Position numbers and translations under genes: made by a program | In this document: piece after piece, positions 8,536 through 17,793 of the stretch | Layout: each line of letters begins with the position of its first letter | How positions within the stretch are numbered: the first letter of the stretch is position 1 | NCBI GenBank assembly: GCA_046496795.1 | Contig: JAWOGM010000039.1 | Coordinates: 1 to 62,023, forward strand | DNA: 62,023 nt | Direction of reading: 5' to 3' | Source: Thermoplasmatota archaeon | GTDB lineage: Archaea; Thermoplasmatota; E2; DHVEG-1 | Notes under the pieces: generated by a model | Seen by the model: the letters and a program-made list of their open reading frames with translations, nothing else | Databases searched by the model: none | What the model was told of the DNA's origin: nothing

Positions 8536-10185
8536 CTAAATTAGAAAAGGAATCTTCAAGCCTGTTTTCTTAACAAGATCTATTGATTCAGTATAACCTG
8601 CATCAGCATGTCTGGCAACACCAATACCTGGATCAGTAATAAAAACCCTTTTTATCCGATCATCAGTTTCAGCAGTACCATCACAGACAACAACCATACC
8701 TGCATGAGTCGATAAACCAATTCCAACACCACCGCCATTATGGATATGAACACTATCAGCACCTGCTGCACAATTAACCAATGCATTCAGAAGAGGCCAG
8801 TCTGCTATTGCATCACTACCATCTCTCATTCCCTCAGTCTCCCGATACGGTGAAGCAACACTTCCACTATCAAGATGATCCCTGGTGATAGCAATTGGCC
8901 CAATTAGTTTATCTCGAACCATCTTATTGATCTCTAGAGCAAACTTTACTCTCCCCTCATATCCCAACCAACACACCCGGGCTGGTAAACCCTCCCAAGG
9001 AAGATGTTTTTCAGCAAGGTTAATCCAATTAACCAAGACCGTATCATCAGGAAATAATCGTATAACTGCCTTATCTGTCAACAAAATATCATTAGGATTA
9101 CCCGTTAACGAAATCCAACGAAAAGGACCTCTTCCAATACAAAATAATGGCCTGATATATGCGGGAACAAAACCAGGGTAATCAAAAGCATTTTTCAACC
9201 CTGCTTTTTTTGCTTGACCTCTCAGATTATTTCCATAATCAAAAACAACAGCACCCTTTTTCTGAAATATAATAAGAGCCTGACAATGATCCTTCATACT
9301 CAGCATAGATTTTTTAATATACTCATCAGGTTTGACAGCCCGCAAATGGAAAGCATTTTTTAATGAATCACCAAAAAACTCTGCAGGAACATATCCGTTA
9401 AGCTCATCATGGGCTGACGTCTGATCTGTCACTACATCTGGCATAAAACCCTCAGAGATAAGAGTAGGCATAATCGTTGCACAATTCCCAACCAAACCAA
9501 CCGACAAAGGAATCTGTTCCTCTTTTGCATCTTGTACAAGAGATACCGCATTATCAATATCTTTTGCTTTTCTATCACAAAAACCTGCAGTAATCCGTTT
9601 ATCAATCCGTTTTTCATCACAATCCACCGCAAGACAGACACCATTATTCATAGTGACTGCAAGAGGCTGTGCACCACCCATTCCACCAAGACCGCCGGTT
9701 AAAACAATTTTTCCTTTTAAATCACTATTAAAATGCTTTTTCGCACAAGTAGCAAAAGTCTCATAGGTACCCTGAATGATACCTTGCGTTCCAATATAAC
9801 ACCATGAACCAGCTGTCATTTGGCCATACATAATTAATCCCTGCTTTTCATATTCACGGAACTTTTCCCAAGTACTCCATTGAGGAACAAGATTGGAATT
9901 AGCCATTAGGACACGAGGAGCTGTTGTCCAGGTTTTAAAAACAGCAACAGGCTTACCCGATTGAACAAGCATGGTTTCATCATTTCCAAGCGTTTTTAAT
10001 GTTTTTACAATTGCATGATAACAATCCCAGTTTCGTGCTGCCTTCCCCGTACCCCCATAAACAATTAAATCGTCAGGCATCTCAGCATTTGCTAAATTAT
10101 TTTCAAGCATACGAAGGATAGCTTCCTGTTTCCATCCTCTACATCGCAGACGTTCTCCAGTCTGAACAGTATATATTTTCCCCAT
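8536..10185 (-). CDS. hutU: urocanate hydratase
   Basis: RCRGWKQEAILRMLENNL, DLIVYGGTGKAARNW, GQMTAGSWCYIGTQGI, GGLGGMGGAQPLA, TDQTSAHD. ATG at 10185 preferred over the upstream GTG at 10194. Confidence 0.9.
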   Translation of the reverse strand: MGKIYTVQTGERLRCRGWKQEAILRMLENNLANAEMPDDLIVYGGTGKAARNWDCYHAIVKTLKTLGNDETMLVQSGKPVAVFKTWTTAPRVLMANSNLVPQWSTWEKFREYEKQGLIMYGQMTAGSWCYIGTQGIIQGTYETFATCAKKHFNSDLKGKIVLTGGLGGMGGAQPLAVTMNNGVCLAVDCDEKRIDKRITAGFCDRKAKDIDNAVSLVQDAKEEQIPLSVGLVGNCATIMPTLISEGFMPDVVTDQTSAHDELNGYVPAEFFGDSLKNAFHLRAVKPDEYIKKSMLSMKDHCQALIIFQKKGAVVFDYGNNLRGQAKKAGLKNAFDYPGFVPAYIRPLFCIGRGPFRWISLTGNPNDILLTDKAVIRLFPDDTVLVNWINLAEKHLPWEGLPARVCWLGYEGRVKFALEINKMVRDKLIGPIAITRDHLDSGSVASPYRETEGMRDGSDAIADWPLLNALVNCAAGADSVHIHNGGGVGIGLSTHAGMVVVCDGTAETDDRIKRVFITDPGIGVARHADAGYTESIDLVKKTGLKIPFLI

Positions 10186-10249
10186 AAAAATCACTATGAA
10201 TAATACTAAAGATCCTTAAAACACTTTTTAAAAATATCTTGACAAAAAA

Positions 10250-10326
10250 GGAAGGGAGGCTGGCCTCACTAGGAGGGGATGGGATGCACTCTAACAAAAC
10301 AACAACTACCAGCCCGAATTCCTTCC
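10250..10326 (-). ncRNA. candidate about 77-nt structured small RNA, or a structured 3' end of the Sm transcript
   Basis: GC-enriched island in AT-rich spacer. GGAAGG (10250-10255) pairs with CCTTCC (10321-10326), GGCTGG (10258-10263) with CCAGCC (10309-10314), and there is an inner CCTC/GAGG hairpin. On the minus strand the closing stem is followed directly by T6 (10244-10249). Confidence 0.3.
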
Positions 10327-10349
10327 ACTAGTACTATAATAATAACCCC

Positions 10350-10357
10350 TATATATG
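10350..10357 (-). promoter_or_regulatory. possible TATA box for the candidate sRNA
   Basis: Minus-strand CATATATA lies at -31 to -24 relative to the first G of the terminal stem (10326). This could be chance in AT-rich DNA. Confidence 0.2.
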
Positions 10358-10366
10358 TTTTTCGTT

Positions 10367-10582
10367 TTATACTAATGATATGCTGACTACATTGCTTCCT
10401 CTAAGGATAATCCTTCCTAATCTTCTCTTCGCCTCACCCTTTGTTTCTTCAACATCATCGAGAACAAGATTCATATATTCATCAAAACCTAATAATTTAC
10501 CCTCAATATGCCTTCCATCTTTTAAGAGTAGTAATAATTTTTGATTCATTGCTTTTCCTAATATATCCAGTGGTAATGCCAT
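10367..10582 (-). CDS. Sm-like (LSm) archaeal RNA-binding protein
   Basis: Sm1/Sm2 motifs: LLLKDGRHIEGKLLGFDEYMNLVLDDVEE ... RLGRIILRGSNVVSISL. Confidence 0.85.
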   Translation of the reverse strand: MALPLDILGKAMNQKLLLLLKDGRHIEGKLLGFDEYMNLVLDDVEETKGEAKRRLGRIILRGSNVVSISLV

Positions 10583-10621
10583 GGAAAAGCGTAAGCATGA
10601 TTTCCTTTTTAAAAGTATTCC

Positions 10622-11581
10622 CTATCTTTCTTTAAAAAAATATTTCATAAACCTATAATCAGAAAGATAATTAATACAATAGATAATAATAAACAAAACA
10701 ACAATAGTAAACAAAACTCTCCCCAATAAAATACCAACAAGAGAAGCTCCAATAGTAAGTAATAAGATAGTATCCTCTATCAAACTATGAGAAAGCCCAA
10801 GTAGAGACAACGAAAGAAAGGTATCTTTTTTAGAAAGCAAACCAGTTTTCGTTTCCCTCAAAATCAGTCCACCGCCATATGCAAGGCCAAGAGTCATCCC
10901 AATAATTGCCAACGGCGCAACATTCTTACTCATACCAAGCACATTTAAACCAGGCTCAAACAAAGAATTAAGTTTTTCAATAACACCAATTTTTTTTAAT
11001 ATATACATTAATGTTAACAAACCAAGAATAATTAAAAAAATCATGAAATAATTTCTACATTCACCAATAACCCAATACAGAAGAGAAGGATCCTCAAAGC
11101 CTGAAGACCATAAAAGAGAACTTGGAGTGTTATAAATATTAAACGTTGTAAAGAAAAGATTAAGTAGCCATCCAAGAACAAATGCACCACCTACTCGTAA
11201 CACAAGCATATACCAGAGTCGGATTCCCCCTTTTTGTGTTATTCGCGCCTCAATAGGGAGATTATGGGCAAGAAGAATAAGTACCCCAAGAACAGTAACC
11301 TGTGAAACAGTAAAGGTTTGCGTTAATGATAATGAAAAAAAAACAATTAGACCGCCATAAATATTAGTTGCCATAGCAGTAGCCCAAACTAATCCAAAAC
11401 TACCTGGTAAACCAACAAGACTCATCAATGGAGCAAGACCAGTTCCAATGATCTCAATAAATCCAAACTCAGCAAGTAACTTAACAACAATACTAACAGG
11501 GATCATTATTTTTAATAATACTAATGTTGTAAGCGTTGCATCCTTAAGTAAAGTTTTTACAGCATCACTAAACCTATTCAT
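10622..11581 (-). CDS. multi-pass membrane protein, nucleoside-recognition (Gate) domain-like
   Basis: About 8 TM segments. IEIIGTGLAPLMSLVGLPG resembles Gate-domain proteins. The internal ATG (MNRFSD) at 11581 reduces overlap with the upstream gene to 8 nt. Confidence 0.55.
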   Translation of the reverse strand: MNRFSDAVKTLLKDATLTTLVLLKIMIPVSIVVKLLAEFGFIEIIGTGLAPLMSLVGLPGSFGLVWATAMATNIYGGLIVFFSLSLTQTFTVSQVTVLGVLILLAHNLPIEARITQKGGIRLWYMLVLRVGGAFVLGWLLNLFFTTFNIYNTPSSLLWSSGFEDPSLLYWVIGECRNYFMIFLIILGLLTLMYILKKIGVIEKLNSLFEPGLNVLGMSKNVAPLAIIGMTLGLAYGGGLILRETKTGLLSKKDTFLSLSLLGLSHSLIEDTILLLTIGASLVGILLGRVLFTIVVLFIIIYCINYLSDYRFMKYFFKER

Positions 11582-12479
11582 TTCCACCTCCTTGAATAGA
11601 TTGTTCCCTTTTAACGAAACAGGCAATCCCAACAAGCAACAATAATATACCTATACCTTGCAATAAAGAAACCAGTTCTCCAAGGATGACAAATGCAAGC
11701 AAAGTAGCAAAAAAAGGAGTAGACAACTCAAGACCAGATGCTTGTGCAGCAGTAATACGTTTGAGTCCTTCGTAATAAAAAATCGTTCCCAATCCAACAA
11801 CAATACCAACAAGCATCTGATACAAATTAACAGTAGATAAATCAGAAATAAAGACTAGATATGGGATAAAAAATAAGAACGCAATAAAAAACCGATACAA
11901 TGTAATACATCCAGCATGCATATGTACAAGATATCTCCGCATTACAATAGCTGTAGTTGACCAGACGATAGTTGCAGATAAAACAAAAAGATCACCAAGT
12001 GTTCCAAATTGCAAAGAAAAAAGATTATCAAGAGACCGTGTAGTAACTAAAATTGCAGAAAGCATCATAAATAAAATCCCAAAATAATCAAACAACGATA
12101 ATTTATCTGACTTAAGAAAAAGAAATGAAAACAGAATTATAAAAATTGGTTGCATATGAGCAATAACAACAGCATTGACTACCTGTATTTGTGTTAATGC
12201 CAAAAAATATAGCACATCAGCAACCAAAGTCCCCATAAGAGCAATATACACAAGAGGATACATCTCTTTTTTTTCAAATACTACACGTGGTTTATTGGTA
12301 AGAATAATATAAAATCCTGCGACAAGTATTGCACCAAGAGCTCGAATAGCTGAGGTTTGCAAAAAATCAGCTGTTTCATAGGATAATTTTGCAAAAATTG
12401 GTTCCACTGACCACATAATACTAGCAAAAAGAATCGAGAAGATACCAATATTTTTTTTCTGCACGTCAGATGGTATCAT
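11574..12479 (-). CDS. EamA/DMT-family transporter
   Basis: 301 aa with 10 TM segments arranged as two 5-TM EamA-like halves. Confidence 0.8.
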   Translation of the reverse strand: MIPSDVQKKNIGIFSILFASIMWSVEPIFAKLSYETADFLQTSAIRALGAILVAGFYIILTNKPRVVFEKKEMYPLVYIALMGTLVADVLYFLALTQIQVVNAVVIAHMQPIFIILFSFLFLKSDKLSLFDYFGILFMMLSAILVTTRSLDNLFSLQFGTLGDLFVLSATIVWSTTAIVMRRYLVHMHAGCITLYRFFIAFLFFIPYLVFISDLSTVNLYQMLVGIVVGLGTIFYYEGLKRITAAQASGLELSTPFFATLLAFVILGELVSLLQGIGILLLLVGIACFVKREQSIQGGGNE

Positions 12480-12818
12480 AGAGAGCCATTTAATTTTTTA
12501 TAAAAAAAGAAAAAAAAGAAAACATAATAGAGTTATCAGATTACCAATCAAAATTTAATAAATTATATTAATGAAATAAAATCATATACTTTGAAATTGT
12601 TATTCATCATACATTTTGACAAAGAATACGTCTAAATGTATTCTTTATAATGATCCTGAAAAAACTCTAAAAGTTCCCCTATTTTCATTATTTCTTCTAA
12701 ATCATTCATCTGAAATCCCCTTACATATAGTAAATATGTTGGCAAATCTGCAGAAAAAGCTCTTTTTGGTATAATATTCCAAACATTATTATACGAGAAA
12801 TATAATCATTTTCTCCTA

Positions 12819-13541
12819 ATGGATAGCAATTGCACCTATTTTTGTTATAAAAATAACAAAGATAAAATAAAAAAAATTGTAGATAATCCAAAAAAGATTA
12901 AGCTAGTATTTTTTGATATGGATGGCGTTCTTGTCGATTCAATAAGTTCTTGGAAAAGCATCCATGATTATTTTGGAACATCTAATCAAGAATCAGTAAA
13001 CGAATATCTTAAAGGAAAAATAAATGATTTAGAATTTATCAAACGCGATGTATTACTTTGGAATACAAATGGAAGCCCGACATCAAAAGATGTCATAAAA
13101 AATATCTTATATACTCTTCCTTTGATGAATGGTGCAGAAGAATTAATATCATTTCTTCGGAGGGAAAAAATAAAAACAGCAATTGTAAGTGCAGGTCTTG
13201 ACATACTTGCAGAAAAAATAGCGGAAGAATTAGGAATAGATTACGTTTTTGCAAATGGAATAAAGGAAGATGAAAACGGACGATTAACAGGAGAAGGAAT
13301 ATTACAGGTACAGCTAACCAATAAAGAAAAAAATGTAGAACAACTCTCTAAAAAACTAAACATCGCTCCAGAACACTGTGCTGCTATTGGAAACTCATGT
13401 TTTGATGTTCCTATGTTTGAAACCACAGCATTAGGAATCGCTTTTAACCCAGAGGATGAATGCGTTCGAAAATCAGCTGATATCATCGTTGAAGGAAAAG
13501 ATTTACGAAAAATCATCCCCAGCTTGAAACCGTATCTTTGA
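12819..13541 (+). CDS. HAD-superfamily hydrolase, phosphoserine phosphatase (SerB)-like
   Basis: HAD motif I FFDMDGVLVD, motif II VSAGL, motif III/IV K...GNSCFDVPMF. Confidence 0.7.
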   Translation: MDSNCTYFCYKNNKDKIKKIVDNPKKIKLVFFDMDGVLVDSISSWKSIHDYFGTSNQESVNEYLKGKINDLEFIKRDVLLWNTNGSPTSKDVIKNILYTLPLMNGAEELISFLRREKIKTAIVSAGLDILAEKIAEELGIDYVFANGIKEDENGRLTGEGILQVQLTNKEKNVEQLSKKLNIAPEHCAAIGNSCFDVPMFETTALGIAFNPEDECVRKSADIIVEGKDLRKIIPSLKPYL

Positions 13542-13553
13542 TTTTATTTTTTA

Positions 13554-14828
13554 TCAACTAGGATCTTCTATTGTACCCATAAATAAAATTGTGTCTGTCT
13601 GTTTATGGTAAATGAGATATAAAAATGGTTGATTACAATCAAAAATAATTGGAGAAGGTGACCCATTTACTGATGTTGGTAGGACTATGCCTGTTGCTGC
13701 GGCTGCTTCTGTTCCTTGCTCATTGACTTCAATAAATGCTTTATGGACTACTGAACTAATAAACAAATCTTTATTTCCGGTAATTAATGAGAAATCTGCA
13801 TTTGCAGTAAAAGGAATATCCATGCCAATATTTTTGAGAAACTCTATTAGAGAATATTCTGTTTCAACTTCAAATTTTGGAAGATAAATCTCGACATTCC
13901 TAGCATTTAATGATGATACCCAACTTGAAAACATCTCATAATCAAGCATATCAACAAGACTACCTAAATCATTGTTTTTTGGAAGCATAACCATCATAGA
14001 AATATCTTCTCCAGAGTAGGGAAGTTCCAGCATTTTCATAAAATCATTTTCCGTATATGAAAAACGATAAGACATATCTAAAAGACTCATCGTTTCTACT
14101 TCTACGATACTGTCAGAACTTGTCGTAAAGGGACGAAGTGTCGTATTTTCTGGTTCAAATTGAGTTTTCCATATCCCTTTAAAATAGATTGCATTAGTAA
14201 GAATCAAAACAGTCAAAGGAGTAATCATTGAAGCATCTATTAAATCAGTAATCAATCCATTAGTTTGATTTTCCACCCACTGATTAATAATCTCAGCTGC
14301 TTGAACAGGTTGACCATAATCAACAGGGCTTACCTGCCCCCCGTAATATTCTTTTATAATTGCTAAATATGCATCCAGAAGTTCAAGATTTTCTTTCACC
14401 CATAACGCATTGGCAGTAGATATATCAAAGTAATCATTTTTAGTGTTAAGCGAATCATACAGATTCTTCATATACTGGTGAAATGACGCGTTATCCTGTT
14501 CAACTTGTAATACTTGCTTCATCTGTTTGGCAGTTTCCCCTTTTGCCCCCTCATAGGTCATAGAGAGAGCTGTAAAAATACTATAGGCTGAGATAAACTG
14601 GTTTTCATCAGAATCAAACAATTCCTTAAATAATTCAAATGAAAAGGCATTAACAGCATCATGAAATGAAAGATTTCCAACCGCATCAGGCGTTTCCCCA
14701 TTGGAAGGTATGTCATCAATTTGATCTGAATCTTTTCTGTAATTTTGTACCACAATAACCATTGCAGCGCCTATTAGAATAATCGCCACAATTATCGTAA
14801 GAATAACATGTAATTTCATCACAATCAC
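13554..14828 (-). CDS. serpin (serine protease inhibitor) with N-terminal membrane anchor
   Basis: Serpin signatures SAYSIFTALSMTYEGAKGETAKQM and NAIYFKGIWKTQF, hinge/RCL EVNEQGTEAAAATGIVLPTS, and C-terminal FDCNQPFLYLI. The N-terminus HVILTIIVAIILIGAAMVIVV is a TM/signal anchor. Confidence 0.9.
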   Translation of the reverse strand: MIVMKLHVILTIIVAIILIGAAMVIVVQNYRKDSDQIDDIPSNGETPDAVGNLSFHDAVNAFSFELFKELFDSDENQFISAYSIFTALSMTYEGAKGETAKQMKQVLQVEQDNASFHQYMKNLYDSLNTKNDYFDISTANALWVKENLELLDAYLAIIKEYYGGQVSPVDYGQPVQAAEIINQWVENQTNGLITDLIDASMITPLTVLILTNAIYFKGIWKTQFEPENTTLRPFTTSSDSIVEVETMSLLDMSYRFSYTENDFMKMLELPYSGEDISMMVMLPKNNDLGSLVDMLDYEMFSSWVSSLNARNVEIYLPKFEVETEYSLIEFLKNIGMDIPFTANADFSLITGNKDLFISSVVHKAFIEVNEQGTEAAAATGIVLPTSVNGSPSPIIFDCNQPFLYLIYHKQTDTILFMGTIEDPS

Positions 14829-14932
14829 CTAAACTATGTATAATCCTTTATAGTATATAAATTCTAAGAATTCGTTTGGAAAAATCCAAACCAATCAATC
14901 TGTACTAGATTTTTTTGTATGGATATCTGTCA

Positions 14933-16168
14933 TCAGAAAAACAAATTAAAAAAGAAAGGTTGGCTCATTGTCGGTTTATATGTTGTCAATTTTTCTTCTT
15001 CTATTGTCCATGATCGCTCGGCAACATACAAATTCACACCAAGATGTCGATAACATGCATCATACACAATAGCAGGATTACTTGGAGAACGATAGGGACA
15101 TAGTTCAATAGTATAAGCAAGAATATTTCGTCGTGCATACAACCAATTCTCAGACGTACCAACAGTTCCCTGAAACCTTGGAATTACATACTCTCGTTCA
15201 CCATACTGCCCATAAATTCTTAATTCATACTCATTAATCCGAGACATATTTTCTCCAACAGAGCGAAACATTCGCTCGTGAGGAACCCACGCACTAGAAT
15301 GCATCCAAGGAAAAATCATCCACTCCCCCCAGTCATGATAACTTAGTGAAATAGCAATATTTTTTGTTTCAACAAAATTTTTCAAAGCAGTACTTTCTAA
15401 TTCACTAAAAGGATGAGTACCACGATAGATACCACTGCGATCATCAGTTAACCATTCAAAAAAATAATTCTCTTTAAAAAGATAGGGTAAAAACCATCGA
15501 AAACCATAATTTCGATTCAGATCAACACCATAAGATGTGATAACATCACTTTTTCCATCAGGACCATAATTGGGAGCGCGATTTTTTCGAGTATTAGCAG
15601 CTACACCATCAGGATTCACCATTGGAATACAATAAATCTGAGTTTTATTTAATACCTCTCGAACGCGTTCAGCAGACAAGTCTTCTTTCATGATACCTGA
15701 ATTATCATCATACAATTGTTCAATAAGATCACGATTAATAATTGAATTTGGATTTTTTGATTGATTCTCATAATACATCTCCACTACAAATTGAATAAAA
15801 AAAATCACTGCCTCAAACGAAGGTTTTTCATTGCCATGATGCGCACCCATCAATAAAATACCAGGTTGATCTTCTTCTACAGAAGCATTTTTTGATAATT
15901 TCACCATCCAAATAGAACGACCATGATACGTGGTTCCAATAGATTCCAAATGAACGATATCTGGATACTCATCTGCTAAATCATGGAGAAGACTAGTCAT
16001 TTCAGGATAAGTAAAATAATTGTATGATTCGTTTGTAAGTACAGAAGTCTTTGATTCAAGAGTAGAAATACTCATACCAGAATATGCAGTAGTGATAAGA
16101 AAAATAATCATCAGTAAAAAAAAACTTATTCGTAATATCTTTTTTATTTCATTCAATATTATCCCCAA
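14933..16168 (-). CDS. secreted M14-family zinc carboxypeptidase
   Basis: Zn ligands and catalytic motifs GAHHGNEKPS (HxxE), NPDG, GVDLNRNY, SYHDWGE, TIELC. N-terminal hydrophobic signal/anchor. Confidence 0.85.
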   Translation of the reverse strand: MGIILNEIKKILRISFFLLMIIFLITTAYSGMSISTLESKTSVLTNESYNYFTYPEMTSLLHDLADEYPDIVHLESIGTTYHGRSIWMVKLSKNASVEEDQPGILLMGAHHGNEKPSFEAVIFFIQFVVEMYYENQSKNPNSIINRDLIEQLYDDNSGIMKEDLSAERVREVLNKTQIYCIPMVNPDGVAANTRKNRAPNYGPDGKSDVITSYGVDLNRNYGFRWFLPYLFKENYFFEWLTDDRSGIYRGTHPFSELESTALKNFVETKNIAISLSYHDWGEWMIFPWMHSSAWVPHERMFRSVGENMSRINEYELRIYGQYGEREYVIPRFQGTVGTSENWLYARRNILAYTIELCPYRSPSNPAIVYDACYRHLGVNLYVAERSWTIEEEKLTTYKPTMSQPFFFNLFF

Positions 16169-16461
16169 ATAGTATTAGCATGGAGGAGCATATAAGGTTT
16201 TTGGAAATCAAAATAGAACATTTTTCCTCAAGAATCTATCAATAAAGCAAGTATATTTATAAATAAGCAATTTATAAATAAAGATTTTGAATGATTTAAA
16301 AAAAACCAACTCTAGTAATAGTAAATATATTCTCTAATAATTTATAAAAACAATAGAAAATAATTGAATCTTATTCAAATAATTCATTTCTATTTGATAT
16401 CAAAAAACTTCAATGACGATAACCTTTTAATGCAATGGATATTATGTCATGAATAGATACT

Positions 16462-17793
16462 ATGGTACTAGATAACTTAGGAGATTCGCTGAAACAAACC
16501 ATTAAAAAAATTGCAAATGCTGTTCATGTTGATGCAAAATTAGTCAAAGAAGTCATCCGTGATATTCAGCGGGCATTACTCCAAGCAGATATCAACGTCA
16601 AACTCGTTGTAGAACTATCAAAAACCATTGAAAAACGAGCGTTAGAAGAAAAACCACCAAAAGGAATGAGCAACCGAGAGCACGTTATTCGTATCGTTTA
16701 TGATGAACTTGTTAATATCCTTGGTGAATCACGAGAACTTCCTATCAAAAAACAAATTATTATGATGGTTGGCCTCTATGGCCAAGGAAAAACGACAACC
16801 TGTGGAAAGCTATCATATTATTTTAAAAAGAAAGGACTTCGCCCTGCAGTCATCGCTGGTGATGTCCACCGCCCTGCAGCATATGAACAACTTAAACAAA
16901 TAGCGGAAAAAGAAAAAATACCTTTCTATGGAGAAAAAAATCAGAAAAACGCAGTCCATGTTGTCAAAGAAGGAATAAACAAATTCAAGCGAACCGCTGA
17001 TGTCATCATTGTTGATACCTCAGGAAGACATAAACTTGAGGATGATCTCATCGATGAAATGAAAGAGATTTTTAAAGCCACAAAACCAGATGAAAAGCTT
17101 CTTGTCATGGATGCAGCAATGGGTCAACAATCAGGCCCACAAGCAAAAGCATTTAACGATGCCATAGGCATCACGGGTATTGTTCTTACAAAACTTGATG
17201 GAACTGCGAAAGGAGGAGGAGCATTATCTGCTGCTGCTGAAGTTGGTTCACCAATTGTTTTTGTTGGTACAGGTGAGCATTCATCAGATTTTGAAAAATT
17301 TGATCCCCAAGGATTCATCTCCCGACTTCTAGGGATGGGAGATATCAAATCTCTTTTAGAAAAAGCAGAAGATTCATTAAAAGGAAAAGATGCGGAAAAA
17401 ACAGCTCGTCGGTTGATGTCTGGCAAATTCAATCTTAATGATATGTATGACCAAATGGAGATGATATCTGGCATGGGACCCTTATCTAAAGTTGCAGAAA
17501 TGCTTCCATTTGGACAGTCAGGAAAAATTAAAGAAGCGGATATGGACCAAACACAAGATAAATTACAAAGATTCCGTGTGATTATGGACTCTATGACAGA
17601 GGAGGAAAAACAACAACCAGATCTTATTAAATCATCTCGAATTAAGCGGATAGCTCGAGGAGCTGGTGTTGAACACAAGCATGTCAAAGAGTTGTTGAAA
17701 TATTACAATATGACAAAACGAATGATGAAAGGATTTTCCAGTGATAGAAAGATGAGACGAAATCTTATGAAGCAGCTTAACTTTGGAAAATAA
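16462..17793 (+). CDS. srp54: signal recognition particle protein SRP54
   Basis: N domain, G domain (GLYGQGKTTTCGKL, DTSGR, TKLDG, GTGE) and Met-rich M domain. Confidence 0.95.
   Translation: MVLDNLGDSLKQTIKKIANAVHVDAKLVKEVIRDIQRALLQADINVKLVVELSKTIEKRALEEKPPKGMSNREHVIRIVYDELVNILGESRELPIKKQIIMMVGLYGQGKTTTCGKLSYYFKKKGLRPAVIAGDVHRPAAYEQLKQIAEKEKIPFYGEKNQKNAVHVVKEGINKFKRTADVIIVDTSGRHKLEDDLIDEMKEIFKATKPDEKLLVMDAAMGQQSGPQAKAFNDAIGITGIVLTKLDGTAKGGGALSAAAEVGSPIVFVGTGEHSSDFEKFDPQGFISRLLGMGDIKSLLEKAEDSLKGKDAEKTARRLMSGKFNLNDMYDQMEMISGMGPLSKVAEMLPFGQSGKIKEADMDQTQDKLQRFRVIMDSMTEEEKQQPDLIKSSRIKRIARGAGVEHKHVKELLKYYNMTKRMMKGFSSDRKMRRNLMKQLNFGK

Noticed and set aside
12536-12612. Minus-strand AUGAUGA (C-box-like) and CUGA (D-box-like) about 70 nt apart in the 339-bp spacer upstream of the HAD gene.
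   Set aside because: There is no terminal stem complementarity, no internal C'/D' boxes, and the spacing is longer than in typical archaeal C/D sRNAs.
16256-16281. Direct repeat TTTATAAATAA at 16256-16266 and 16271-16281 in the carboxypeptidase/srp54 divergent spacer.
   Set aside because: It is an A/T-only 11-mer in a spacer that is almost pure A/T, so chance or overlapping TATA-like elements suffice. I did not judge it to be a distinct feature.
17124-17687. 187-aa ORF antisense to srp54. Similar antisense ORFs occur at 8885-9181 and 9432-9644 in hutU, 7902-8150 in hutH, and 13241-13516 and 12986-13204 in the HAD gene.
   Set aside because: Each lies entirely inside a strongly supported conserved gene on the opposite strand. 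Their translations are low-complexity or Ser/Cys/Pro-rich with no motifs, so they are frame-shadow ORFs.
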